64,000 bases of DNA from a virus. Shown in pieces: positions 16,057 to 31,000 of this stretch. The stretch spans positions 18,022 through 82,021 of the IMG/VR virus record IMGVR_UViG_3300020312_000068. One strand, given 5' to 3'. Both the position numbers and the translations under genes were made by a program. The notes under the pieces were generated by a model. It did not search any database. It was not told where the DNA came from and saw only the letters and a program-made list of their open reading frames with translations. How positions within the stretch are numbered: the first letter of the stretch is position 1; every line of letters starts with the position of its first letter.

Positions 16057-19000
16057 ATGCCAGTAGAGCAATCCTCGTGGAAGGTAGCGTCGTGGGTCAC
16101 CCCCTCAACTCAGGTAACAGGTGACCTAATTGACTCTACCGTATCACCAGAAAGTAGATCTAGAATTTCCGATAGAATTGAGGAACAGATTCCTCAGTTT
16201 ATCAGAGAAGATTATGGTGACTTTGTTACCTTCCTTAAGTATTACTATAAGGGATTAGAGTTAAAGGGCAATCCAGTTGATATTGTCCAGAATATAGATG
16301 AATACTACAATATAGACAAGTTAAATGAACTTGTAGAGAAGACTACATCGTCATCTGGGATAACTTCTACTACAACTACCATTGACGTTGCTAATACTAG
16401 GGACTTCCCGTCTGAAGGATTGGTAATGATCGATGATGAGATCATATACTACTCAAGTAAGTCTCAGACCCAGTTAAAGGGGTGTACAAGAGGGTTTCAC
16501 GCAACAACTAAGGTAGGTACCCTTAAGGAATTTACATTCACTTCATCTATAGCAGCATCACATGACTTTGGTGCTGATGTAATCAACCTAAACAACCTAT
16601 TACCTCTATTTTTACTCCAAAGGTTCAGAGATCAGTTTTCTGCGTCTTTCCCATCGAAGTTTGCCGAAGGAATACAGCAATCTTCCGTTACTAAGCGTCT
16701 TAAGGACTTCTATGCTGCTAAAGGTACTTCTCGTTCCTTTAAGTATCTCATTAGAGTGCTATTTGGCGTAGAGTCAACTATACAGTATCCAAAAGAGAGA
16801 ATTTTTAAGCCATCTGACGCATTCTACACTGTCAGAGAGGTTATTCGTGCTACAGCAATATCTGGTAACCCAGTAGAGCTAACTGGAGAGGTTTTATACC
16901 AAGCAAACGATCCAAATGACCCAAATGTCAACGATGCGCGGATTTATGTTAAATCTGTAGTTGAAGTCTTCACCGAAGATGGAAAAATCTACGAATTGGA
17001 CGTAGATACGGAAAATGGTGCTGGAACGTTCACTACTCCGTACAAATCAATCCTTACTGAAGATGTAAGCTCCAATTTAGACGAAGATGTCATTTCTGTT
17101 GACTCTACTATCGGTTGGCCTGAGAAAAACAGTAGTTTCCGTGTTAATAACGAGATTATTGAATATACTGACAAAACAGTTACTCAATTCCTTGGTTGTA
17201 CCCGTGCTAGACAGAATACGACCAATGCTCCTCATATTGCGGGTTCTGAAGTCAGTTCATCCTTTGAAATTTACGGATATTCCAATAGAGACCAAACTAA
17301 GATCAGTTTGAAGGTTTATGGCGGTACTAGAGGTGTTGAACTTGTTTCTGGCGGTAGATATTACCTTCAAGACTCAAAAGTCACTACTCCTGCTGCTCCA
17401 GGCTTCGATTCACTCGATCCCCTCTGGGATAGCTTCGTTTATAACGTTAAGAAGCTTGTAAACGCAACTGGGGCGGTTTTAGACGCTCCTAACAACGATG
17501 GAAGCGTTGTAGTTACAATAAGTACGGATCAAGACCATTTCTTCAAGCGTGACGACATAGTTACGATTTTAAACGCTCCAGAAGACGTATATAACTCACA
17601 ATTCCGAGTTTTGGGTGTTGGTAGCAATCAAAGCTTCCAAATCCTACTTCCTTCGACTCCAATCGCAGGAGTTAACCAAACTTTCCTCTGTGCGCGAGAA
17701 TTTGCGAAATCTACGTCTTCAGACACTTCAATTCGCACAAAAGTCGAAAATACGCCTTCTGACGTTCAAAATGTCTATAGATCTTCTGAAAACGCGATTA
17801 TTGCGTCTCCAGGAATTCCTGGACACGAAATCGGTCCATTTGGAGCTGGAGATCTAGATCCAGGCAATCAACGCTATTTGAAGCGAATTCCGCTTACTAC
17901 AATCACAAAATCGATAAAAACGGCAACTCCAGTCGGTCAAGTCGGAATTGGCGTTAATGGAGTTCCATTTTTCTCATATAAGTCGGAAAACACGAAATTA
18001 TACGGTGGAGTCAAATCTATTACCGTTATTAACCCAGGTGACGGATATGACATCACAAATCCACCAATAGTTGAATTTGAACCTATATGGCGTGCTGGAA
18101 CCAATTTTAACCTTAATCAAAGAATTAGAAACAGTTTAGGATACAGATATAAGAATATCGGTAGTGGAAAGAGTGCTGAACTTGGTAGTGAGCCAACTCA
18201 TACAAATGCTAACTTAGTACAAGATGGTTCTTGTATATGGCAATATGAGGGTATATCTGCTGAGGCAACTGTTAGTGTGTCTGGTCGTGTATATGCTATC
18301 AACGTAACTAACGGTGGTTCTGGATATACATCTGTACCTACAGTGTCTATTACAGGTGGTGGTGGGACTACACAGGCATCTGCTACTGCTACGGTTACTA
18401 ATGGTGTCGTTAATGCCATCTCAGTGACTGCTGAAGGTACTGGGTATACATCTGCCCCCACAGTCACTATTACTGGTGGTGGAGGCATCGATGCGACTGC
18501 TACAGCAGTTGTTCGTGGTGGATTGACCGCTGAGGGTATTACAATAACAAATCCTGGATCTAACTATGATACTAGACCATTTGTTACTCTAATATCAGGT
18601 AGTGGTGCTGTTGCTTATCCATCTATTGTTAATGGTAGAATTGTTTCTATCATCCTGACATTTGGTGGTAGTAACTACTATGGTCCTCCTGACGTTGTTA
18701 TTACTGGTGATGGTGTTGGTGCTGTTGCTTTTGCGACTATTGATGGAAGTACCCAGACAGTTACCTCTGTTACTGTCACTAATGGTGGTATTGGATATAC
18801 TGCTGGTAAAACATTTGTAAATATCGTTTATCCAGGATCTGGTGCTACTTTCCAGGTTGAACTTCCAATATTAACCGAAAATACTGCTGCTACTCCAGAA
18901 GAACTTGGTGTAACTACAAATGAACTTGTAGCACCTAAAACAGCTGACCTTAATAATGGAGTTTCCATTAAAGGTGCTAACTACGGAATTTATGGTGGGG

Positions 19001-22000
19001 AATATGGATATCTTTATAACCCAAGAAGGTTACGTTTCCTTTTAGGAGATAACGTTAGTGATAATGCCACTAACTCAGAATTAAACCCAACTAGACATTC
19101 TCCTATTCTTGGATGGGCATTTGACGGTCATCCAATATACGGTCCTTATGCTTATGTTGATAGAGAGAATAAGAATCCATATAATCAGCTAACTCAGATG
19201 AGAAGCTCTTATAGGGTAAAATCTAGTAGAGATGCTTTGATTACTGGTCTAACTGACCAAATGGGTAAGTATATTGAAGATTATGAGTATATCGAAGGAT
19301 CAGGTGATCTTGATCAATATAATGGAAGATATTGCGTAACCCCAGAATACCCTGGTGGTGTATATGCTTATTTCTGTACACTAGATGGTTCTACAGGTAA
19401 TCCTAAGTTCCCATACTTTGTTGGTCCTGAGTTCTATTCACAGGCAGATAGTATTAACTGGAAGGGTAATGGACTACAGAGGAACTTCACAGAAGATGCT
19501 TCAAGATATAAGCGTCCCTACATCTATACTGATACATCTATTGTTAGGAGAAAGGAATTAGGCGATCCTGTTGAATATGTTCTTGCTATGGAGGATGCTA
19601 CAACTCCTTTAGTGCTAGAGAGTGATGATGGTGATGGAACAGATATTGAGTTTATTGGATTTGTTGATATTGGTATTGGTTACTATGACTACTTCCCAAC
19701 TATTAAAGGTGGTGCTGTAGATTCATTATTTGTTTCTGCTACTAATAGGTATTTCTCATCTGGTTTAGATACTTATCTTATCGAAGGTGCTGGATTTAAC
19801 TATAAAGTCAATGATAGACTTATATTTGATGAAACAGGTACTGGTGGATCAGGTATATCTGCTAGAATCTCACGTATTACTGGTGCTGCTGTTAATACCT
19901 TATCATATTCAGTGGATTCTACTACTGATGTCATAACTGGAACTATGGGAACAGCAGATGCCCATTATATCAAACCAGGTGAAGGTATAGACATCTCTAT
20001 TGGTAATAACTTAATTACAAGAGATATCAAGACTAAGGTTATTACAACCAATAATGTTGATGTATATCACTTTAAGTATTTTGATTTAACAAACTTCTAC
20101 ATCAGTTCTCCAGGTAGAATAGTACAAGCTAATTTAACCATTACTGGTGGTGAGAGTTATACTAATGGTACATATAATGGTGTCATCCTAACTGGTGGTA
20201 GTGGAACAAATGCTTCTGCCAATATTACAGTTAGTGGTAATGAAGTCACAGCAGTCTCTATACAGAATCAAGGTAAGAATTATGTAGATGGAGATGAGTT
20301 AACATGTGCTGCCACTGCTATAGGTGGTACTGGTAAAAACTTTAAAGTTGATATAGGTAACGTACTTAAGACAGGTGGTATATCACAAGGATACTGGACA
20401 TTCTTTGCTGGTAGTGGTGGAGTACCTGGTACATACACTAAAGTACCTCTTAAGAACGCTTCTACGTCCTCTGGAGAGGGTGCTGAGTTCACTATAGTCG
20501 TTGCTGCTGGTGGTGGAGTAGAATCCGTAACAGTAACTAAGGAAGGTAGTGGATATTACCCTGGTGAGCAATTAGATCCTGTAGATTCTGATATTGGTGG
20601 ATGTACTGGATTCTATCTAACACCTAATGCTGTTAATCAAGAATTTACTGGTAGAGGAAGTGCTTCTCACCAGTTGAGTGTTGGTGATGAGATTGTTGTC
20701 ACAGGAACTAACCCATCTGACTATGATGGAACTCATATTGTATCTGGATATACGACTGAAAGAAGATTCCAGTTTAAGAAACCAGTAGGAATCATTACAG
20801 ATACTGCTATAGCAACGACTACTGAAGTTTTCGTCAAAGAAGCGAAATTAGATCTTATTAATGGTCATCAATACAGGTTTGATACCACAGATGCTTCTAA
20901 TGCTGGTAAGAGACTTGAATTTACCTTTGATAAAGAGAATACTAATGTATTCACATATAAGAATGTAACTGATGTTGAAAATGACCCTCAAACTGGTCAA
21001 CAACAGTCTATCACTATATCTCTAGATGATGTTCCAGGAACATTATTCTATTTTGATATTAATGGTATTAATGGTGGAGCAGGTAGTTACCTCAGTGTAG
21101 TAAATGACCCATATTTGGGATCTAATACTATTGTAACTACTCCTAGTACTACATCAATGACATTTACCCTGGCAAGAGAACCAGAAGGTAATTACAACAC
21201 AACTAATACACTATCATACGCAACTAACTCAATATTCCCTGCTGGTGGTATTGCTGCTATTAACATTGGTGACCCAGGCAGAAACTACTCTACTATTCCT
21301 AAATTTACTGGGGTAGAACGTGCTGGTGCTGGTGCTACTGCTCAATGTACAATATCAGGTGTAGTTGAGGATATCGCTGTACTTGAAGCAGGAGTTGACT
21401 ATAATGGAAGTAACCCACCTGTCATTGTTTGTTCAATGCCAGATTTCCTTGATCTAACTCTAGAACAGGTCTTTGGTACCTTTACTGTTGGTGATATTGT
21501 TATATCTCAAACTACTCTTGGTACTGATACTGCTCGTGGTAGGGTTATCTCATGGGATGCTAATACCTCTACATTAAGAGTACAACCACTTCGCAACAAT
21601 TTACAAGGTACAGCAAATCGTGGTTTCATTATGTTTACCACAGGTAATGCTAATACTAATAAGATTTTCTCTAGTTCAAACCAAGCTGTAATTGCTGCTA
21701 TAGGTGGTACCCAGGCGCAGGTTGCTGCTGTTGTTCCTTCAACTGGTCCTGAAACTGGACAGATACAGACTATTGCTGTTAACAACGGTGGAAGTAACTA
21801 TAGGACTGCTCCAACTGTTTATATTGATGATCCTTGGTATGGTGGTGTACTTACTGTAAGTATTAACAGTCAGAATACATCTGCTAACTTTACTCCTGGT
21901 ACATACACTGGTGTAACACAAGAATCTGTTGCTCCTACTGGTGGAGATAACTCTGAATTTACTATTGTTATTGATAGCAACCAAGATGTAGCATCAGCAA

Positions 22001-25000
22001 CTGTAACTACTGGTGGTAATGCTTATGCTCTTGGTGATTTAATCACTATTAATGGTGAGAAGATCACTGGTGGTGGATCTGCTGATGACTTTGTACTTAA
22101 AGTAGAGTCATTGACATTTGTTAGAAAGGCAGTTACATCTACTACTATTAATGCTTCTATTGATGAGGTAATTGTAACTAACTCTGGTTCAGGTTATCTA
22201 TCTGCTCCTGAAGTTGAGATATCTGGTGGTACTGGAATTAATGCTTCTCTGAGAGCAGAGATCATTGATGAGACTGTTAAGAAAGTTATTATAGAAAATG
22301 CTGGAACTAAATTCCAAAATCCACCTATCATAACCATTAAACAAAATTTAGGAACAGGTGCTTCTATCCTATTGAAGTCTACTGATTTGGGTAAGGTTAT
22401 CAATTTGGGTGGTGATAATATTACTTACAACTACTCACATGATAGAACCCTCAAACCTGCCGTTAACACGACTTATAACTTACAACTCACAAGAACTCAA
22501 ATCGTTGACTTCTTCACTGTTACGGATGGAGGATTCTCCTTCGTTACTAAGCCAACCATCGAGCTCGTTGGTGGAGGTGGAAGCGGTGCAGTTCTGGATG
22601 CTGTTATTGATAACGAAGTTATTCAGGGTATTGAGGTAATCAATCCAGGTAAGGGATATTCATCTACTCCTGCTGTACAGGCAAAGATGACTCATTCCTT
22701 TGTACCTTTACAGTCTAATAGTACTCTTAACTTCCCATATAACACTAAGATTCCTACAGGAACAAAAGTTAAGTTAGTTGAGGTAGATGGTGGTTTACCA
22801 GCTCCTTTACTAGAGAATACTACTTATTATGCTGTTGCTCAAACTATTGCTAATGGTTTAGCAGATAACCAGATTAAGTTGGCATCTACCTTTAGTGATT
22901 CACAAGGTGTTAACCCAACTACTATTACAATCTCTGGTGTACCTACCATTGGACCAGGTGGAACATCCACATTTAATTTAACTACAACTGACCTAGGTGA
23001 TAGTATAACTGTTACCATGAAACCAGCAACATTCTCTGTTGGTGAGAAACTATATCAAGGTACTTCTACCGATTCATTCTCTGCTGTAGGTACAGTCAAG
23101 AACTGGGATTCTAAAGGTAGGATTCTCTCTGTTGAAATTGAGCAAGGTGAGTTCTTAGCAGGACAACCTGTATTTGGTTTACAGACTAAAGCATTTGGTG
23201 AAATCCATGAATTTGATAGAGCATTAGCGAACTTTACAGTATCTCCTATTGCTACTGCTACTGCTGAGTTCAAGAGAACCACTGGTATTCTTGATCTTAA
23301 TGAACAGCGTTTATATGACTCTGATAGGTATCAGGAGTTCTCATATGTTGTTAATTCACCTGTTAATGTTAAAGAGTGGAAGAATCAGTTTAAGACATCT
23401 GCTCACCCAGCTGGATTTAAGGTATTAGGTACTCAAATAATTTCACAATCTACCTTTAAGAGGTATCGTAGGAAGTCTTATCTGAACTTATCTAACCCAG
23501 ACCTAGCAGGTTGGTGGGAACCAAGAGAGGGTGATGAGGATCAGTCATTCAATGGTACAACATACTTTACTCCGAAGCCATCTGCTTCTAACTCTGGTAA
23601 GTTGTCTAGAATTGAGAACTTCTTCTTAGGTAAACCAGATTATACTGCTCTTGTTCCAACTAATGTTCAGATTAGTGGTAAGCAGCTATTGGATGTTAGA
23701 AAGATTCTAAGTGCTGTTGTAGATAAGTTTGATAAGATACAAGATAGAACAGTTACCTTCGATGGGTCTAGTTCTTCTATAGTTTCGACAGCTAATAACC
23801 AGTTTACTATAACCAACCATGGTTTCATTACTGGTCAAAAGATTAATTATAGTGTACTCTCTGATAGGTATCAGGATGCTAGAAATCTAATAGTTGCTAA
23901 TATTGATTATATTGTAGATACCACTTCTGATTGGTTAGAAGCACAATATCCTGCTTTAACAGATGGTACTAAACCAGATTATGACAAGGCTAAGTGTTCT
24001 AGAGATATTAGGTTCTGTGTTGTTAACTGGACTAATGACTTACGTTATGGTGGTAACTCATTCTCATGGGATGTTGTAGATCAGTATATTGGCGGTGTTG
24101 GTGTATTAGGTAATAAGTATGCTGATGCTAAGTTCCTTATCCTTAAGAATAAGCAATTAATTGCTGAGGAAGCACTAGGTATGATGAAGGTGGATTACCC
24201 TGCTTTCAGTGTACATAATGGTTCTGATCAAGATTGTTACGATGATATCATCGATGTATTAGAAGCAATCTGCTATAACATGACATATGGTGGTAACAGT
24301 GAAGTATATGATGGTGCCAAGTATTATGTTGATGGTAACCATGTTGATTCTGTAGAAACTGAAGTTAACGTCTGTTTCAACCATGCTAGAGACCTTGCTA
24401 TCAAGGTAATGCAGAACTATCCTCTGACACTAGCACATTCTACTCAGCAGCAGTTCTTTGACAGTACAATAACATTTGATACTGATGGTTTTATTGATAA
24501 TAAGGTTGCTGATGCTAGAACTTTAATCCTTGCTAATAAGAATCAGATTGCTGAGACTGCTGTAGACAGGATGGAGACACAATATCCTTCTCATGCTGTT
24601 ACTGGTGGTAGGATTGAGTGTGAATATGATATTAGAGACTTTATCGACGTAATGGTCGAGAACCTTGCTCGTGGTGGTAATGATGGTGTCTGGGATGCTG
24701 CAAACTACTATGTAACAGGTGGATTTGTTATTGGCGAAGAAGCTGAATCAGCATATGCCTTTGAACAAGCAAAATTAATCACACATCTTGTTTTACAGAA
24801 TAAGACAGTATCTGATATGACAGGTCAGGTAATTGATAATAGTATTACTGTTGATCCTCCTGATGATAAGTGTACTGCTGTACAGGCAACTGTAACTACT
24901 TTATATGATATCGTTATTAATGCTATTACTACACCTCTGGATCATCAGAATGTAACTAGGACTGCTAAGACTGGTGGTAATAGAGGAGCATGTTCTTTAG

Positions 25001-28000
25001 TTGAGTCTGCTCTTACTACTCAAATGGCAATCATTACTACTGCCATAGCAAATGACAATATGAATCATGTTGTTAGGACTGAACCAGCAAATGCCATATA
25101 TCATATTGCTGGAGAGGAGACTGAGACTATTGCTGCTATTCAGTATGCTAGAGATCTATGTAAACAGGCAGTACAGAATCTACTTCCTAACGCAGATTCA
25201 ACAATTACTGAAGATACTACACCTAAGTGTACTGATGTACAGGCTTCTATTGATACTCTTGCTGAGATTATATGGAAAGGTATTGATAATCCATCAAGTA
25301 TACCTGAAAGAAACGTTGGAACATATCCTAATGTAAGAACTGGTGCTCCCGTTGCTGGTTATACCATACATGGTGCTACTAATGCTGTTTATCTACCTGC
25401 TTCGGGTCTATTCACTGTAACTGTAGCAAATCATGGATTTGAATTAGGTGAGTACGTACAGTTTGAAGATGAAACCTTCATACTTACATGTGCTTATGAT
25501 AATCATGCTACAGAGCATAAGTATCCAAGATCAACTGACCCTGCTAGTGGTAAGTGGTTGGAAATTCTTCAGATTACTAAGAATACATTCACAGTTAACG
25601 TTGGTATAAGCACCGATACATCTGTTCATAAGTATGTTTCTGCTACAGGTGTCCACACCTTTGTAAGTGGTGTCACAAATGCTATATCAGATGGTACTAG
25701 CCAGTATACGGCTGCCTCTGGTACTACCTATGATCCCGCAACTGGAGATATGGTCATCAATATTGGTGCTCATAGTCTTACAACTGCTAATACCATTACC
25801 ATTGCTAATAGTGGAATAGTATTCACTTGTGATAAGGACAATCATGCTACTAACCATGCTTATCCTCGTGCTACTGACCCTGTAAGTGGTAAGACTCTTA
25901 ATATCAGTGCTGTTGCTGCGAATACAATTACTGTTAATGTAACTCCTGCTACTAAGGTTAGAAAACAGATTCAAGATTCTGACAATTACTATGTAATTAA
26001 GGTTGATGATAATAATATTAAACTTGCTCAGTCTAAAGCATATGCTTCTGCTGGATATCCAGTAGAGTTAACTGGTCTATCCACTTCTAATCAGCATAAA
26101 CTCAGACTTAGATTTGATGGTGAGACTACTGACTTCCAGACCAGATATAGGGATGCTGCGGTATCACCAATTAATAAGAATATGCTTATGGTTTCTATTA
26201 ATGGTATTATCCAGAACCCTGAGTCATATAGTTTGAGTGGTAGTACAATTACATTCAGTGAAGCTCCTAAAGAGGATTCTGAGTGTATCATAATGTACTA
26301 TAAGAGAAATGATATTTCTACAAACTTCCAGTTAGATCAGTTTGGTGATGTTATTGCTACTCTTGATACAGCAGATGGTCTTTATCAAGGTTCAGGATAT
26401 ACTCCTGGTACATATAGCGGTGTATCTTTAATCAATAAGAGAGGTAACACTGGTACTGGAGCAACTGGTAATATTACAGTCACGAATGTTCTTGAGGGTG
26501 CTACTCACAACGTCAATAACCAGTATGCTGATGCTCGTGTATTGATCAATAATAATGCTGAGATAATTGCTGATATTGCTGTTGGTCTACTTAACAAGTA
26601 TGGTACTCCTACTGATAATAGAGTAGCAGATGGGGCAAACCTAATTCTCATGAACAAGGATTTCATTGCTAAGGAAGCAGTGGAGAGAATGCATAATGAT
26701 ATACCTTACACTATACCTTCAAGTAGAGAGTTAGATGCTTACAACTTACTACAAGGAAATAGAGAGTTTCTAGCATGGGAAGCATATCATTTATTCAGTA
26801 CTATTGATTATCCTGGATATACTCATGCTCAAGGATATACACCTCAAGATTGTGTAGATGATGTTCTTGATATCATAGATGCTGTATCATTTAACTTAGT
26901 ACATGGTGCTAATAACAAGGTATATGATGCTGCTTATTTCTACACTGGTGCTTATGAGAGTGGTAGTGTTATTGCTGGTGAGGAGCAACAAACTCTTGCT
27001 GTTATAGGTCAGTTAAGGAACTTGATGTATAAGGTTGTGACTAATGAGTTAGTTACAGTTGGTGGAAGTCATGGATATACTCAGTATACAGAAGATACTA
27101 CTTATATCTTTGATGGTTGTGTCACAGTTAAGAACACTATTAACACCTTATTGACTATCATCGAGACTGCTATTAATACTGACTTAATGGTACATGTCAC
27201 TAAGACAGAACCTACTCTATTTGTTGAACCAACAGGAGATAGTCAGGACTGTGTAGATGATGTCGTTGACTGCTTAGAAGCTATTGCTATTAACATGAAG
27301 TTTGGTGGTAATAGTGAGGTATATGATGCTGCTAAGTATTACGTTGATGGTGCTCACGTTGCTGGTGAAGAGATTCATACCATCTATGCTTTCCGTGAAG
27401 CAAATAAGATAGCACAAGAAGTCATTAAGCAAAATGCTGTTACTGTACAAGGTACACATGGTCTTACTCAGAAATATGATGGTGGTTTAACAAGACTATC
27501 TGGTAATCCTTGTGCTACTGTATGTTCTACAGTTGATACTCTTTGGAATATCATTGAAGTAGCAGTTAATACTAATTCTATGAGTACGTTCACTAGAACT
27601 GCTCCTACTGGATTTACTGTTCCTGGTCTTGGTCCTAGCCAATGTAAGGCAGATACTGTTGATGTTCTACAAGCAGTTGGTGTCAATATAGCATTCGGTG
27701 GAAACCACATATTATACGATACTATCAATATGTACTTCGTTGGAAACCATGTTTCTGGTGAAGAGACAGAGACTAAGTACGTATTTGAAGAAGCACGTCA
27801 AATGGTGCTTAAAGCAATTAATAATGAATCTTTCGATACATATGACCATCTAAATCTTACCGATAAGCAACAGTTTAAGGATACTTCTATTACAGCGTAT
27901 TCTACAACTCAGACTGCTTCATTCACTCCTACAGCAGCAACTTATACACAAGCTAATGGTCTACTAGAATTAACCATTGGATCACACACTTTAACGGTTG

Positions 28001-31000
28001 GTAGTCGCATACAGATTGCTGATGGTTCATTGAAGTTTAAGTGTGCTATGGATGATAGCATAACTCATCATGCTTATCCTAGATCTACTGATTTCGCATT
28101 CGGTAAATCTATTCCTATTACAGCAGTAACAGGTACAACAATTACTGTTAACGTAGGAAGTACACCTCAGGTTCTTTTCAACGTCACTGACGGGTCATAT
28201 GACCCCACTACAGGTCATTTAGACCTACAGATAGTAAATACCAGTTTCACTCCAACTGCGGGTAGTTACGTTCCTTCTACAGGACTAATGACCCTTAATA
28301 TTGGTTCTCATAGTTTGATAAAAGGTGAGCATGTATTACTCGCTCCTGGTTCACAGATATTTACCTGTGATATGGATGAGGATTCTACTGATCATGCCTA
28401 TCCTAGACTTACAGATCCAGTTTATAACAAACCAATTAAGATTGAGGATGTATCTGGTAATAACATAGTATTGGATGTAGGTAAATCACCTCAGGTTACT
28501 CATGATGTAACTAATGCCCAGTATACTCCTAATACTGGTATCATGAACTTGACTATTGGTAACCATTTACTCAAAGTAGGTCAAACTGTAAAACTTAGTG
28601 GATTAACATTCCAGTGTAATCAGGATCAGTATAGTGGTGATCATGTATATCCTAGATCTACTATTGAAACACATACAGCTACCAATGCTTCCTTTAATAC
28701 ACAAACAGGTATTGTTACTATAACCGTCAATTTCCATGGAATGAGAGATGGTGATTGGGTTAAGTTAGATGATGGTGCTCTCACATTTACATGTACACAA
28801 GGTGGTGGTACACATGCTTATCCTCGTCCTTCAGATCCTATATCTGGCAAGTGGGTACAAGTATCTAATACAACCGCAACTACATTTGATATTCAGTGCT
28901 TAGAGAACGTTCCATGTACTAATGCTACTGTTCATTCATTCCACACAGCAGCTACTGATGGAATTAAACAGAAGAAGGATAGGGCATATAACAATGCTGT
29001 AGAAATTCTAGCAGTTACTGATACAACTATAAACGTTAATGTCGGTATCTCTTCTAACACCACAACTCATAGATGGAAGCCTGGATTTACTGCTACTGCT
29101 GGTGTTATTAGTGGTGGTGATCATACTCATACTTGGAAGTCTTCTAAGGCAAATTCAGTCATATTACCTCATGGATTTAGACCTCAGAGAATACTAACTG
29201 TAGAGACTGCTGCTTATAATCCTACTACAGGTATTATGACATTGACTGTACCTGATCATAATCTAACTTCTACTGATGAGATTAAGATTAAGGATGATTC
29301 ATTATCATTTACATGTACTCATGGTGCTGGTACTAAGACATATCCTAGGGCATCTGATCCAGTAAGTCAGAAGTGGATTACTGTAGGAAATATCACTAGA
29401 GATACATTTACAGTACAGGTTTTAGATTCTACACCTTCTACTAACGTAACTGCTCATACATTCGTATCTGCTCTTGCTGATGGTATCACTGTTAAAGGAC
29501 AGACTATCAAACTTGCTGATGGTTCTATCACAATGACTTGTGATATGGATGATCACTTTACTGACCATGCTTATCCAAGAACAGGAACTATAACACATAC
29601 AGTTACTGATGCTAGTTACAATCCAACAACAGGTATATTAACATCTACTATTAATGATCATGGAATGGTTTCTGGAGACTTCGTTAAGTTCGCAGATGAT
29701 TCATTAACCTTTACTTGTACTGAAGGTGCTGGTAATCATACGTATCCAAGATCAACAGACCCTGTAAGTGGTGCTTGGTTAGAGATAAGTAACGTCACTT
29801 CTAATACATTTGATGTACAGGTTCTTGATGCTCTACCTTCAACTAATACTACAGTCCATACATTCGTAAGTGCCACTTCAGGTGGTGTCACACAAAAGAT
29901 TGACAGAGCATATGATACAGCACTTCAGATTGTTGAAGCAACTCCTGATCGTATTACTCTTGATGTAGGTAAGACCCCAACGGTTACTCATACTCCAACA
30001 GCTGCTACTTACAATGCTGCTGCTGGTACTATGGAAGTCACCATTGGTGCTCATAAGTTAAGAACTGGTACTACAGTTAAGATGCTAGAAGGTGCTGTTA
30101 CCTTCACATGTGATGAGGATGCTGATGCTTCTAACCATGCTTATCCTAGATCTATCGTTGATGGACACCAGGCAAGTGCTGTTGCTTATAACCCAACAAC
30201 AGGTGTAATGAGTGTAACCAGCAATGGACATGGATTACGCAATGGTGATTGGATCAAGTTAGCTAAGGATAGCTTCAAGTTTACATGTACTCATGGTGAT
30301 TCTGGTAATCACACATACCCTAGAGTAACTGATCCATTCTATGATAAGTGGATTCAGGTAAGTAATGCTTCTAATAACGCATTTGATGTACAAGTTCTAG
30401 CAACTCAACCATCTACGAATACTACAACTCATACTTGGGTATCTCCTACAGGAATGACACCTACTGATGCTTCTTATAGTGGCACAACAGGTATTATGAC
30501 CTTGACTGTTTCTGGTCATGGTATGGAAAATGGTGATATGGTTAAACTTGACGATGGTGCTATAACATTCAAGTGTGACTATGGATCAGGTGTTCATACA
30601 TGGCAAGGTGGTGTTGCTAACAACGCTGTAAGTGATAACTTAGGGCAACAATATAACGTAAGTAATGCTGATTACAATCCAACTCTCGGTACATTAGTAT
30701 TGACTATTGGTAGTCACTCACTGACAACTTCCAATACTGTACAGATCGTTTCTGGATCATTAACATTCAGTTGTGACGCAGACTCTCATGCTACTAACCA
30801 CACATATCCAAGAGCAACAGACCCTGCTAATGGTGCTACACTCGCTATTACTGATGTAGATGTAACAACAATTACAGTTAATGTTGGATTAGCAGAGGGA
30901 TCTGGTACTGCTTATCCTAGAGGAACTAGAGCAGAATATACTGCTGCTGGTGGATCTACATACGATCCTGCTACAGGTTTAATGGTTGTTACAACAACTG

